Assembly: GCA_029858505.1 (NCBI GenBank)
Contig: JAOUEW010000002.1
Span: forward strand, 104,851 to 168,850
DNA: 64,000 bases
Direction: 5' to 3'
Origin: Deltaproteobacteria bacterium
GTDB taxonomy: Bacteria; SAR324; JACQKK01
A program made the translations under genes and the position numbers. Position 1 is the stretch's first letter. Each line of letters opens with the position of its first letter. Of this stretch, positions 1-9,736 are shown piece after piece. The notes beneath the pieces are model-generated. The model was not told where the DNA came from. It worked only from the letters and a program-made list of their open reading frames with translations, and made no database searches.

Positions 1-1754
1 ACCACGGCAAATCTACCCTGGCCGACCGGCTGATTGAGTTCACCGGGGCCCTGTCCAAGCGAGAAATGGAAGACCAGATCTTGGATACCCTCGACCTGGA
101 GCGGGAACGGGGGATTACCATCAAGGCCCAAAGCGTGAACCTGAATTACAAGGCCGACGATGGGAACACCTATCAGTTGAACTTGATTGACACCCCTGGC
201 CACGTGGACTTTACCTACGAGGTGTCTCGCTCGCTGGCGGCCTGCGAGGGCGCCCTGCTGGTGGTGGACGCCGCCCAGGGGGTGGAGGCCCAGACCCTGG
301 CCAACGTGTATTTGGCCCTGAACCAGAACCTGGAAATTCTGCCGGTGTTGAACAAGTGCGACCTGCCCAACGCCGACCCGGAGCGGGTGGCCAAAGAGGT
401 GGAAACCCTGATTGGGCTGGACGCTAGCCAAGCGGTGCGGGCCAGCGCCAAAACCGGCGTGGGGGTGAAAGACATTCTGGAACAGGTGGTGAAACTGGTG
501 CCCCACCCAGTGGGCAACCCAGAGGCCCCTTTGGCGGCCCTGGTGTTCGACGCCTGGTTCGACTCTTACCTGGGGGTGATGGTGATGATTCGGGTGATGG
601 AGGGCCGGGTGAGGGTGGGAGATGTCATCCGCTTTTTGGGGTCGAGCAAAAGCTTTACCGTGGCCACCCTGGGACGCTTCACCCCGGTGAAACGAGACGT
701 GGCAGAACTGGGCCCGGGCGATGTGGGGTACCTGTCGGCGGCCATTAAGGTGATTCACGATGCCCAGGTGGGCGACACGGTGACCCATGATGCCAATCCC
801 TGCCAAGCCCAGCTGCCCGGTTACACCAAGGTGAAGCCCATGGTGTTCAGCGGCCTTTACCCCGCCGATGGGGAGCAGTTTAAGGACCTGCGCGATGCCC
901 TGGAAAAACTGGCCCTGAACGACGCGGCTCTGAGTTTTGAAATGGAATCCTCCGCCGCCCTGGGGTTTGGGTTTCGCTGCGGGTTTTTGGGGTCGCTGCA
1001 CCTGGAAATTGTGCAGGAACGGCTGGAGCGGGAGCTGGGGATTTCTCTGGTGACCACCGCCCCCACCGTGGTGTACGAAGTTCAAACCAAGGGCGGCGAC
1101 CTGCTGATGGTGGACAACCCCAACAAGCTGCCGGACCCCACCAAAATCGAGACCATCTCCGAGCCCTACGTGAAGGGATCGGTGATTACCCCCACCGAAT
1201 ACGTGGGCAACATTATGCGTATTGCCCAGGATCGGCGGGGGGTACAGACCGGCATGAAGTACCTGGACGAAAAACGGGTGATGCTGGACTACGAATTCCC
1301 CCTCAACGAGATTGTGTTGGACTTTCACGACAAGTTAAAGACGGCTACCCGTGGGTATGGGTCCTTCGATTACGAACCCATTGGGTTTCGCCCCGGCGAC
1401 CTGGTGAAGCTGGACGTGCTGCTGAACGGCGAAAAAGTAGACGCCCTGTCTCTCATCGTGGACCGGGACAAGTCTCATGTGCGGGGGCGGTTCTTGGCGG
1501 CCAAACTGAAAGAGCACATTCCCCGCCAAATGTTCGAGGTGGCCATTCAGGCCGCCATTGGCAACAAAGTCGTGGCCAGGGAGACCATCTCTGCCATGCG
1601 GAAAAACGTGACCGCCAAGTGCTACGGGGGGGATATCTCTCGCAAGCGCAAATTGTTGGAGAAGCAGAAAGAAGGGAAGAAGCGGATGAAGCAAATCGGC
1701 AGCGTGGAGGTACCCCAGGAGGCCTTCATGGCCGTGCTGAAAACGGGGGAATAG
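1..1754 (+). CDS. lepA: Elongation factor 4 (LepA GTPase), 5' end outside window
   Basis: Frame is open from the window edge ([12 protein letters not shown] at 3..); motifs [48 protein letters not shown]. Confidence 0.98.
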   Translation, partial: HGKSTLADRLIEFTGALSKREMEDQILDTLDLERERGITIKAQSVNLNYKADDGNTYQLNLIDTPGHVDFTYEVSRSLAACEGALLVVDAAQGVEAQTLANVYLALNQNLEILPVLNKCDLPNADPERVAKEVETLIGLDASQAVRASAKTGVGVKDILEQVVKLVPHPVGNPEAPLAALVFDAWFDSYLGVMVMIRVMEGRVRVGDVIRFLGSSKSFTVATLGRFTPVKRDVAELGPGDVGYLSAAIKVIHDAQVGDTVTHDANPCQAQLPGYTKVKPMVFSGLYPADGEQFKDLRDALEKLALNDAALSFEMESSAALGFGFRCGFLGSLHLEIVQERLERELGISLVTTAPTVVYEVQTKGGDLLMVDNPNKLPDPTKIETISEPYVKGSVITPTEYVGNIMRIAQDRRGVQTGMKYLDEKRVMLDYEFPLNEIVLDFHDKLKTATRGYGSFDYEPIGFRPGDLVKLDVLLNGEKVDALSLIVDRDKSHVRGRFLAAKLKEHIPRQMFEVAIQAAIGNKVVARETISAMRKNVTAKCYGGDISRKRKLLEKQKEGKKRMKQIGSVEVPQEAFMAVLKTGE

Positions 1755-1782
1755 CCATTGGCGATCCCCCTGTTCCCCTTTT

Positions 1783-2319
1783 CTATTGCTTCACGGCAAA
1801 AACACCGCCATTTAGTTGGGTGGGGTACCCGAGGCTGCTTGGCCCCCCTATGTAGGCCTTGTAGGGAACGGCTCGGTCGTCGATGAACAGCAGGGAGTAA
1901 TAGGTGGTTCCCAGGGCAGTGGTGGTGGATTGGGTGGCGGTGACCGTGGCAGCTAAACCAGCGGGCTGGGTTCCCGCGGACCAAGTGGTACCAGCCGCGT
2001 CGCCGGTTAGGGCGCCGGTTCCGGAAAGCGGGGTGGTGGTGCCGAGGGTTCCAGCACAGGTGGTTGAACCCGTGTAGGTTTTTGTTGTTTGGGTAAAGGT
2101 AGACGAAGAAAACGTGTAAGTGATTTGAGTGGAGGTTGTGGCCCCGGTTGCCATACAGGCCACCCAGGTGGTGCCGTTGATGTTGGTGGGCGTGCCAGAC
2201 ACGGTGTTGACCATCAACGGCGTGCTGCCTCCGCCTCCGCCGTTGCTTCCGCAGGATGCCAGCAGGGTGGTGGTGAAAATGGCCAACGCCAGGACAACGG
2301 ATTTTTGATAAGTTTGCAT
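1783..2319 (-). CDS. Secreted Thr/Gly-rich lipoprotein, unknown function
   Basis: Signal peptide with lipobox LASC followed by GSNGGGGGS linker; GGGGG SD-like run upstream; beta-rich composition. Confidence 0.8.
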   Translation of the reverse strand: MQTYQKSVVLALAIFTTTLLASCGSNGGGGGSTPLMVNTVSGTPTNINGTTWVACMATGATTSTQITYTFSSSTFTQTTKTYTGSTTCAGTLGTTTPLSGTGALTGDAAGTTWSAGTQPAGLAATVTATQSTTTALGTTYYSLLFIDDRAVPYKAYIGGPSSLGYPTQLNGGVFAVKQ

Positions 2320-2387
2320 AAAGCCCCCCTTGAAGGGTGAAATGCTGGAATCGCCTGCCCAGGCAACACCGCCAGCCCACCCTTGAT

Positions 2388-2417
2388 TCTATATAGAAAT
2401 AACCTCCCTGATGTCAA
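2388..2417 (-). promoter_or_regulatory. Putative sigma70 promoter for the lipoprotein gene
   Basis: TTGACA on minus strand (2417-2412) with TATATA/TATAGA 16-18 bp downstream, ~70 bp before the ATG. Confidence 0.4.
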
Positions 2418-2684
2418 CACAACGGTTTCGCTATAGAAACCCACTTATCCCGCCAACCCCCCGCAACCTGCCATGGCAACAACCCATGGCCGCCCATCCA
2501 TAGAACTTCAAAATCATTCCCCCACAATTTTAATCTTCTCTTCAGGGAAGCCACAGCAATGTCAAACGTGAGATTGAGTGATATGTCGTCATATGATAGA
2601 TATTTGGACCAGGTGTGAAGGGACCATGAATTAGGTATTCCTTCACCCAAAGTCGTTCAATCCTAAATTCACGGGGAGGCGCGT

Positions 2685-3182
2685 ATGATGCGGAGAACAG
2701 ACCGGCAGGTGAGTGAGGCAAAGCTGGGCAAGGGGCTTAGACTGATGTTGGTGGGTTTGGGATTGATTGCCCTGGGAGGGTTAGCGGGCTGTGCCGCGGT
2801 GGAAATGGCTTCCCCGATGGAAAACGATGCGGCTCATCATGCGACCCCCTTGCCTGGGAAGGGATTGGTGTATGTGTATCGGTCTGGAGTGTTCGGCGCC
2901 GCCATCAAGTTAAGAATTCTGATGGATGGAAGGGATGTTGGCCAAACGGTGGCGAATAGTTTTTTTCTGGTGGATGTAGCCCCAGGAAAACACACCATCA
3001 TGGGAGACGCTGAGAATACGGCGACCTTGGATATCCAAGTAGAGGAGGGGAAAGTCATGTTTGTATCTCAGGATATCCATATGGGGTTGTTGTCGGCCAG
3101 GAATGGTTTGACTCTCAGGGATGAGAAGGAGGCCAGAAAAAAACTGGAGGATTGCAAACTCATCAAACGGGTAAGTTTGTAA
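2685..3182 (+). CDS. DUF2846-like lipoprotein
   Basis: Lipobox LAGC; GKGLVYVYR...G.T....F..VDVAPGKHTI pattern typical of DUF2846; GGGGAGG SD. Confidence 0.75.
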   Translation: MMRRTDRQVSEAKLGKGLRLMLVGLGLIALGGLAGCAAVEMASPMENDAAHHATPLPGKGLVYVYRSGVFGAAIKLRILMDGRDVGQTVANSFFLVDVAPGKHTIMGDAENTATLDIQVEEGKVMFVSQDIHMGLLSARNGLTLRDEKEARKKLEDCKLIKRVSL

Positions 3183-3191
3183 CCATGGAAG

Positions 3192-3240
3192 GAGGTTGGG
3201 GGCAGCCCCCCAGCCTCTGTTTATTGTGTTTCTGTTTTTC
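3192..3240 (+). terminator. Probable intrinsic terminator
   Basis: GAGGTTGGGGG-CAGC-CCCCCAGCCTC hairpin followed by a T-rich tract just after the stop at 3182. Confidence 0.55.
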
Positions 3241-3363
3241 CTTGTCATCTCTCACCCCAGTTCGGTTATTTTTTGATGTGTTTTTTTTACTGGCTCCTTT
3301 TTTCCGTTCATTTTTCGCATTCTTTCCTGGCGGCCCACGACTTATCTTATCCCCTCGGCCATC

Positions 3364-4995
3364 ATGGTTCAGCAACCAAATCCTCTAAACAATCTGGGAG
3401 CAGATCTGTTCCTGGCGCTGGACTGCGGTTCGGGTTCTAGCCGGGGGGTGGTGTGGGATGGGGGAGGGAACATCTGGGCCAGTGCCACGGTGCCCCTTGC
3501 CACCCGGCACCCTAAGCCAGGGTGGGTGGAACATGACCCCCTGGAGGTGGAAGGTTCTCTCCGCCAAGTGCTGGCCCTGACGGCTGAGCAGTTGGGGCCC
3601 CAGGCGGGGCGGGTGGTCTCGGTGGGCTTGGCCACGGCCCGCTCCAATTGTTTGTGCTGGCAAGCCCCCGCTGGAACCCCCCTTACGCCCATCTATTCTT
3701 GGCAAGACACCCGCGCCGCCGACCAGCTGGCGCCGCTGGCACCTTACGCCGAATCCATCCGCCAAAAAACCGGCCTGCGGTTGTCGGCCCATTATGGGGC
3801 CAGCAAGCTGGCCTGGGCGTTGGGCCACGTGCTGGAGGTTGGCCGGGCCCAGGCGGCGGGAACCCTGGGGTTTGGGCCCATGGCGGCCTGGCTGGCCGGG
3901 CGGTTGACGGGCGAAGCGAATGCCGCCAGTCCTGACAGTACAAGTCATTACATTGCCGACCCGCAGAATGCCTCCCGCACGCTGTTGTGGAACCTGCACA
4001 CCATGACCTGGGATCAGGATTTGTTGGCATGGTTTGGTCTGCCCGGGGAGTGCCTGCCCAGGGCGGCGGCCACCCTGGGAGATTGGGGGGCGGTGCCCTG
4101 GGCTGGCGGAAAGGCTGGGGGACGGGTGCCCCTGAGGGTGGTGCAGGGCGATCAAGCGGCGGCGCTGTATGGCTTTGGCCGCCCCGACCCGGAAGCGGTG
4201 TATGTGAATCTGGGCACTGGGGCCTTCATTCAACGGGTGATGGAAACCCGCCGGGGAGAGAAAACGGGAAGTGCGAAGCTACCGGGGGAGGATTCAGCCA
4301 GCGGCTTGCTGGAAAGCATGGTGTGGGCCGGGGCGGGAACCGTGACCCTGGCCCTGGAGGGCACCGTGAACGGCTGCGGGGCGGCCCTGGCCTGGCTGGG
4401 GGAAAAACTGCGAGCGAAGGGGGAAGCCCGCCCGGTGGAAACCCTGGCGGCCCTGGGCCTGGCAGCCTGGGACGCTGAGCCAACGGACGGAACAAGGGAG
4501 AACATGGGAGGAGAGATGACCAATGGTCTGGTGTTTCTCAACGGGGTGTCGGGGCTGGCGGCCCCCTACTGGCGGCCAGGGTTTCAGTCTCGGTTTGTTG
4601 GGGGCGGGGTTATAACAGAACCTTCCCTGCCAAATATGCCGCCTGAACACGCCGCCGCCGTGGCGGAAAGTATTGTGTTCCTGCTGATGGAAAACTTTCG
4701 GCGGATGGAATTTGCCCTGCCCCCGGCCCGCCGGATGTGGGTGGGCGGGGGAGTGTCGGCCCTGGACGGCCTGTGCCAGCGGCTGGCGGATCTCTCCGGC
4801 CTGCCGGTGGGGCGCCGCGACGACCCCGAAGCCACCGCCCGGGGCCTGGCTTGGCTGCTGGCCAGGGATGCCGGAGGGAGGGACCCGGAATGGCCCGCTC
4901 CCCCTCCAGACTTGTTCACCCCCCGGCGGAACCCCGCCCTGGAGGGCAGGTATCGCCTGTGGCAAGCCGCCATGGCGCGGGCCCTGGCCAGTTAG
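3364..4995 (+). CDS. FGGY-family carbohydrate kinase (glycerol kinase-like, divergent)
   Basis: LALDCGSGSSR phosphate-1 motif, PKPGWVEHDP, WQDTR, GDQAAALYG, NLGTGAF, ALEG, GLAAPYW, VGGGVS. Confidence 0.88.
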   Translation: MVQQPNPLNNLGADLFLALDCGSGSSRGVVWDGGGNIWASATVPLATRHPKPGWVEHDPLEVEGSLRQVLALTAEQLGPQAGRVVSVGLATARSNCLCWQAPAGTPLTPIYSWQDTRAADQLAPLAPYAESIRQKTGLRLSAHYGASKLAWALGHVLEVGRAQAAGTLGFGPMAAWLAGRLTGEANAASPDSTSHYIADPQNASRTLLWNLHTMTWDQDLLAWFGLPGECLPRAAATLGDWGAVPWAGGKAGGRVPLRVVQGDQAAALYGFGRPDPEAVYVNLGTGAFIQRVMETRRGEKTGSAKLPGEDSASGLLESMVWAGAGTVTLALEGTVNGCGAALAWLGEKLRAKGEARPVETLAALGLAAWDAEPTDGTRENMGGEMTNGLVFLNGVSGLAAPYWRPGFQSRFVGGGVITEPSLPNMPPEHAAAVAESIVFLLMENFRRMEFALPPARRMWVGGGVSALDGLCQRLADLSGLPVGRRDDPEATARGLAWLLARDAGGRDPEWPAPPPDLFTPRRNPALEGRYRLWQAAMARALAS

Positions 4996-6155
4996 GGCTT
5001 GCCGCCAGGGTTTTTAAAATACCGGGTCACGTAAGGCCGCAGGAAATAAACCCCCACCCCAACAGCCAGCAGACCGCCAAGAGCACCGAGAACAATCAGT
5101 AAAGATGGATTGATGCCGGATGCCCTGGTGGTTGAGGTTTCAACCGGCGGGAGTTCGCCTGGGGAGAATGTAGATTGAAAGATAGAACTTTCAGCGGACG
5201 GGTTGTTGCCAGGGAAGAAACCCACGGCCAAATCTCCACTGGGCGAAAAATTGACAACCTCTGCCATGTAGGTTCCTGGGGCAACCTTTTTCAACCCAGG
5301 AAAGCAAGAGGAGACGATATCGCTTTCAATTCGGGGATGGGCGATCAGAGTAAACTCTTTGATTGGGCCCTTCCAGTTGGCTCCCGTACTCAACACATAC
5401 TCAACCCAACCAAAAGCGTAAGCGTCCTGGGTGCCTGGAGTCTCGGGCAGGGCACCGGCATTGTTCATGCAAAACGCATCCTCTGGGGAGGTCACTCCCA
5501 TGATATTTTTTTGAGACAAAAGGGATATCGAGGCGGTTTCCGTTTTCTGCAGCCAATTCCACCCATGACTGACCACGTAGGCGTGATGCACCTCAATGGG
5601 CTTTCTTGGGGGGAATTCATATTTCCATCGAAACATTCGGGTGAGTTCTATGCCACCCGCCGCTTGAGAGCAATCTTTTTCCCCGGTGGCCTGAAGGATG
5701 GCGTTGCATACTGGCGCGCACTTTTCATCCATGGCACTGCAGTTTTCGTAACTCACTCCCGAGAAATTTATTCTGAGTGGGAGCGGTTTGTTTTTGTAGG
5801 TGTACATGTCCTCCCAGACTCCGGGAACATCCCGAGTATCCACCGTGAGCTTCATTTCCATCTCGGCATATTCCATGGGCATGTCAAAAAATTCATCAAA
5901 CAGAATTCTGTCCAATTGGATGCTGGGCAAGGGGAAAGCAATGTCCAGGGTTTTTGCCTTGGTGGAATGGTTCACCATCACATATTTTACATCTACTTTG
6001 TACCCCCAGATTTCCAGCACTTCCTTCTCGATGGAGACATCGTTTTCTTGAAGAAATTGCAACTGCTTGCCAGGGCGGCTAACCGAGGTATCGTTTGCCA
6101 AGGAAAGAGACGGAAGTATCGCCAGGGCCACCGCCCCGAGAAACCAAGTTTTCAT
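4992..6155 (-). CDS. DUF4424-like secreted protein with C-terminal TM anchor
   Basis: Signal peptide then AND.....L.F.....VSIEKEVLEI; YVLSTGANWKGPIKEFTL motif; C-terminal hydrophobic helix; start taken at MKTWF. Confidence 0.7.
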   Translation of the reverse strand: MKTWFLGAVALAILPSLSLANDTSVSRPGKQLQFLQENDVSIEKEVLEIWGYKVDVKYVMVNHSTKAKTLDIAFPLPSIQLDRILFDEFFDMPMEYAEMEMKLTVDTRDVPGVWEDMYTYKNKPLPLRINFSGVSYENCSAMDEKCAPVCNAILQATGEKDCSQAAGGIELTRMFRWKYEFPPRKPIEVHHAYVVSHGWNWLQKTETASISLLSQKNIMGVTSPEDAFCMNNAGALPETPGTQDAYAFGWVEYVLSTGANWKGPIKEFTLIAHPRIESDIVSSCFPGLKKVAPGTYMAEVVNFSPSGDLAVGFFPGNNPSAESSIFQSTFSPGELPPVETSTTRASGINPSLLIVLGALGGLLAVGVGVYFLRPYVTRYFKNPGGKP

Positions 6156-6214
6156 ACAGACCCCCAGATGGAAGAGATTCCGACAACATGAGGCCAATAT
6201 ATTGAAATGGGGAG

Positions 6215-6259
6215 AAAATAAAAACCCCCTCCCAGGGGGTGAGCCCAGAGGAGGGGGTT
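6215..6259 (-). terminator. Intrinsic terminator after the recombinase-like gene
   Basis: AACCCCCTCC...GGAGGGGGTT inverted repeat followed by TTTTATTTT on the minus strand. Confidence 0.6.
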
Positions 6260-6291
6260 ATGCGAACAAACGAAGCGACGAACCGAAAAGA

Positions 6292-6852
6292 TTACATCCC
6301 GTACAAGTCACGGGTGGTTTTGATGGAGCGGTGCCCCAGCAGTTTTTGAACTTCCTTCAGGTCCATGCCCTGGTCCACCATTTTTTTGGCAAAGGTGTGG
6401 CGCAGGGTTTGGGGAGTGGTTTTGAATCCCATCCGGGCGTCTTCTCGCAGGTTTTTAATAATGCGCTGCACCTGGCGGGGGGTGATGCGGTAGCTGCCGT
6501 CTTTTTTGTTGCGCTGGCGGCTGATGATAAACGGCTCATCGGTTTCCAGGCGGAACCCGTGGCGCCGGTTGAACTCCAAAATCATGGCGGCGGCTTCGCG
6601 GGCATCCCGGTCCAGGGGCACCTTGCGGTCGGGTTTGCCCTTTTTGCCCAGAATGTTCAGGCTCTTTTTCACCCTGTTGCCGGTGAATACTTCACCCACC
6701 GTCAGGCTTACGAATTCTTGAATTTTCAGGCCGGTGTGCAGCAGGAAAATCAGGATGTGGCGGTCCCGTTCGCCCCAGCGGCCCCAGATGCCTTTCATCA
6801 AATTCTGGGCATCTTCTTCGGTGAGTGTTTTCAGCTCTTTTTTCACGGACAT
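6292..6852 (-). CDS. Short tyrosine recombinase (catalytic domain only) with substituted active-site residues
   Basis: HTGLKIQE (canonical TGLRxxE), PQTLRHTFA (canonical HxLRH), LLGHRSIKTTRDLY; 186 aa, no N-terminal core-binding domain; GGAG SD. Confidence 0.85.
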   Translation of the reverse strand: MSVKKELKTLTEEDAQNLMKGIWGRWGERDRHILIFLLHTGLKIQEFVSLTVGEVFTGNRVKKSLNILGKKGKPDRKVPLDRDAREAAAMILEFNRRHGFRLETDEPFIISRQRNKKDGSYRITPRQVQRIIKNLREDARMGFKTTPQTLRHTFAKKMVDQGMDLKEVQKLLGHRSIKTTRDLYGM

Positions 6853-7416
6853 CTCCTTCCATGAGGTGGTTAAGTGTTTGGCTTCCGCCGGAGAACAGGT
6901 GATTCCTCCTTTGGGATTAACGACCCCGCTCGAAAAAAGGCTCGGCGGGAAATTTTGTAAAAAACTACAGGCAAATTACGGTTGCATCACCCCCAGCTCA
7001 CATCGCGGCACCGTGAAAGGCCGCTTATCTTTTCCTGAAAAATCGCTTGGTTTTACCACCCCCGTCTAAGTTACCACATCCAACGAACTGATTTTATAAG
7101 AACTTTACGTCATCTATCCGGGGTGTCCGCAGGGACCATTTCCCCATGAGGGCAGAAAGGGCGAGAGGGGCGGAGTCTAGGCAAACAGGTCTGGCGGATA
7201 TCCCGACCGCTGTCCTTCACAATCTTTCATTAAAATTTCACATTTTGAAATAAAAAGCAAATGATGACGAAACTCTCCACTAAAAATATTCCGGCGAATT
7301 CCGGCGGTGTGTTTCCAGGTAAATGGGGTGGGTTGAATGTTTTGACAGGGGGGGGGTCCCCCGCCATAATGGGAACCGATTCCACCATCCGCCCCGTTTC
7401 CTTCCATGCTTGGTCC

Positions 7417-8712
7417 ATGCGCGCCCTTGATCCCCGCTTTCCCTTGATGACCGAGGTGTACCGGATGGGAGATGCCATCCGCCAAGCGGGGGGGAACCCC
7501 CTGCTGGTGGGGGGCTGGGTGCGCGACTGCCTGCTGGAAAACCCCCACAGCAAAGACTTTGACCTGGAGGTGTTTGGCTTGGCCCCGGAGCGGCTGCAGC
7601 CCGTGTTGGCCCGGTTTGGCCCGGTGCACACCGTGGGGCGGCACTTTGGGGTGTTGAAGGTCACCACCCCCGAGGCCGAATATGACGTGAGCGTTCCCCG
7701 GCGGGAGAGCAAGATTGGCAAGGGCCATAAACACTTTAAGGTTGAGCCGGACCCCACCATGACGTTTGAAGAGGCCGCCGCCCGCCGGGATTTCACCATC
7801 AATGCCATGGGCTACGATTTTCTCCACGGCCAGCTGCTGGACCCCCACGGGGGGCTGGCCGACCTGGAACAGGGAGTCTTGCGCCATGTGGGGCCTTCCT
7901 TTGGAGAGGACCCCTTGCGGGTGCTGCGGGCCATGCAGTTCGCCGCCCGTTTTGGCTTCACCATTCCAGAAGAAACCCTGGCCATCTGCCGAGAGCAGGA
8001 CCTGGCGGAACTTCCTCGGGAGAGGCTGTGGGAAGAATTCCGCAAAATGTTGCTGCGGGCGCCCGTGCCCTCCCGGGGGCTGGCCTATGCCGATGCCCTG
8101 GGGATTCTGCCGCACTTTCCTGAGCTGGCGGCCCTGGCCGCCGGGGGCACGGGCCCCCAAACCCCCTGGGGGCAAACCCTGGCCGTGGTGGACCGGGCGG
8201 CAGAACGGCGGACGCAAGACCCCCACCAGGATATTCAGTTGATGCTGGCGGCCCTGTGCCACCGCATGGGCCCCGGCATGGAGGAGTTTTTAGGCCGCCT
8301 GACCCAGGAGGCCGCCCTGGTGAAATCCGTGGCAGCCCTGGCGGCCGACATTCACACCCCCGTCCGGTTGTATGAGCATCAAGACCGCACCGATCCAGAC
8401 ATCCGCCGGCTAGCCCTGCGGGTCAGCATCCCTTTTTTGCTGCGGTTGGCGTCGGCCTTGGGGCAGGGGCCAGACAACGTTGGGGCGGGGGCTTGGCTGG
8501 AGGAACAAGCCCGGCGGCTGGAGGTGTGGGATGGCCCCCCCAAGCCTTTGCTCCAGGGGCGCCACCTGCTGGCCCTGGGCATGAAACCAGGGCGGGCCAT
8601 GGGCAGCCTGGTGGAAGAAATGTATCAATTGCAATTGGACGGCCAGATTGCCACCCACAAGCAAGCCGTGGCGGCGGCCAAAGAAAAACTCATTGGAAGG
8701 GAGGAACCATGA
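7417..8712 (+). CDS. cca: CCA-adding tRNA nucleotidyltransferase (class II)
   Basis: LVGGWVRD, DFDLEV, RRDFTINAM, DPHGGLADL, EDPLRVLRAMQFAARF; start uncertain (7417 or 7447). Confidence 0.9.
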   Translation: MRALDPRFPLMTEVYRMGDAIRQAGGNPLLVGGWVRDCLLENPHSKDFDLEVFGLAPERLQPVLARFGPVHTVGRHFGVLKVTTPEAEYDVSVPRRESKIGKGHKHFKVEPDPTMTFEEAAARRDFTINAMGYDFLHGQLLDPHGGLADLEQGVLRHVGPSFGEDPLRVLRAMQFAARFGFTIPEETLAICREQDLAELPRERLWEEFRKMLLRAPVPSRGLAYADALGILPHFPELAALAAGGTGPQTPWGQTLAVVDRAAERRTQDPHQDIQLMLAALCHRMGPGMEEFLGRLTQEAALVKSVAALAADIHTPVRLYEHQDRTDPDIRRLALRVSIPFLLRLASALGQGPDNVGAGAWLEEQARRLEVWDGPPKPLLQGRHLLALGMKPGRAMGSLVEEMYQLQLDGQIATHKQAVAAAKEKLIGREEP

Positions 8713-8735
8713 AAAAACTTTTCTAATGGAAGTCA

Positions 8736-9710
8736 GTGACCCGGTGGGTAATTTCTAAGCCCGCGCTGTTGGCGCTGGTGGGTTTGTTTGGGGTTGCGGC
8801 ATTGGTGTACGCGGCCCAAACGTTCAACCGGAAAGCGGAGTCTAGTATTTCCATAGCCATGGGGGGGAAGGGTGGCGTGGACCAATGGACTATCATGGAT
8901 TCAAAATTCCACTTGTTGAATGTATCTACAGAAAAACCCATGCTCCTTCAAGAACGATTGGAGGTGACAAGGCGCAGAGGGATTGAGGGAGAGCTTGGCA
9001 AACTGGAAGTGACGGCCTGGGGGGCCGGGAAAGAACCCTTCGACAAAAAACTTTGGGTGATTCAAGACCAGGGTGTTTTTGGAGGTACTGCCTGGGGAAC
9101 ATTCTATATCTCCTCGAATTATGGTTGTTGCGGCGCCATGGATATCCACCGGGCCTATGATTTAAAAAACGGGAAATACGCGTTTTCCTATACGGAAGAC
9201 CCGATTAGGGCGCAGGTGTACGCGGAGTCCTTGAACACAAAAGACACCGCCCACTTAACCCGATACATCTCGTTTATTTCGGTCTGGGCGGGAGAAGGCT
9301 ATGATTACGAGAAAGAGTTTCCCCAAGGAGTTGGCGAACTGACGCTCTATGATTATGAAGAAGGTACGGTGTCAGACCATCTGATTGTTCTCTACGAATC
9401 GGAACAAGGGACCGGCTGGGAGCCGCTGAGTCTGTCGAAGATAGTGTTTGTAAACCCTAATGCAGAAAAAGGCGAAAATTACGTGGGTGTGACGTGTGTT
9501 TTCAAAGGCCCCCGAAGTAAAGAAGCGATCAAGGGGTGCGTGAAGGGTTTTTCAGTCACGCTGGACTTTGACGGGTGGAAGGTGGTTCTTCCCGTGGAGG
9601 GAGATCGGTTTGATTTGAAGAATGCATCGGTTTCTCATGGACTGACCCTCAAAAGAATTCCGGTCAGGCCTGCCCCAGCCCAGGGGGCCGGGGGAACACG
9701 CGGGGGCTAA
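8736..9710 (+). CDS. Secreted/periplasmic protein of unknown function; possible upstream start at 8709 interrupted by in-frame TAA
   Basis: 324-aa ORF with hydrophobic signal-like N terminus, lower GC; ATG 8709 with GAGGA SD is in frame but followed by TAA at 8724-8726. Confidence 0.7.
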   Translation: MTRWVISKPALLALVGLFGVAALVYAAQTFNRKAESSISIAMGGKGGVDQWTIMDSKFHLLNVSTEKPMLLQERLEVTRRRGIEGELGKLEVTAWGAGKEPFDKKLWVIQDQGVFGGTAWGTFYISSNYGCCGAMDIHRAYDLKNGKYAFSYTEDPIRAQVYAESLNTKDTAHLTRYISFISVWAGEGYDYEKEFPQGVGELTLYDYEEGTVSDHLIVLYESEQGTGWEPLSLSKIVFVNPNAEKGENYVGVTCVFKGPRSKEAIKGCVKGFSVTLDFDGWKVVLPVEGDRFDLKNASVSHGLTLKRIPVRPAPAQGAGGTRGG

Positions 9711-9736
9711 AGATAAAGTCCAGACGGGGGAAACGA

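Noticed and set aside
2414-2650. 78-aa minus-strand ORF between two lipoprotein genes
   Set aside because: No family recognised and it overlaps the predicted -35 element. It could be a gene relic but cannot be supported.
7085-7115. dif-like site near the recombinase gene (TTTTATAA-GAACT-TTACGTCATC)
   Set aside because: Spacer is 5 bp and both arms match poorly.
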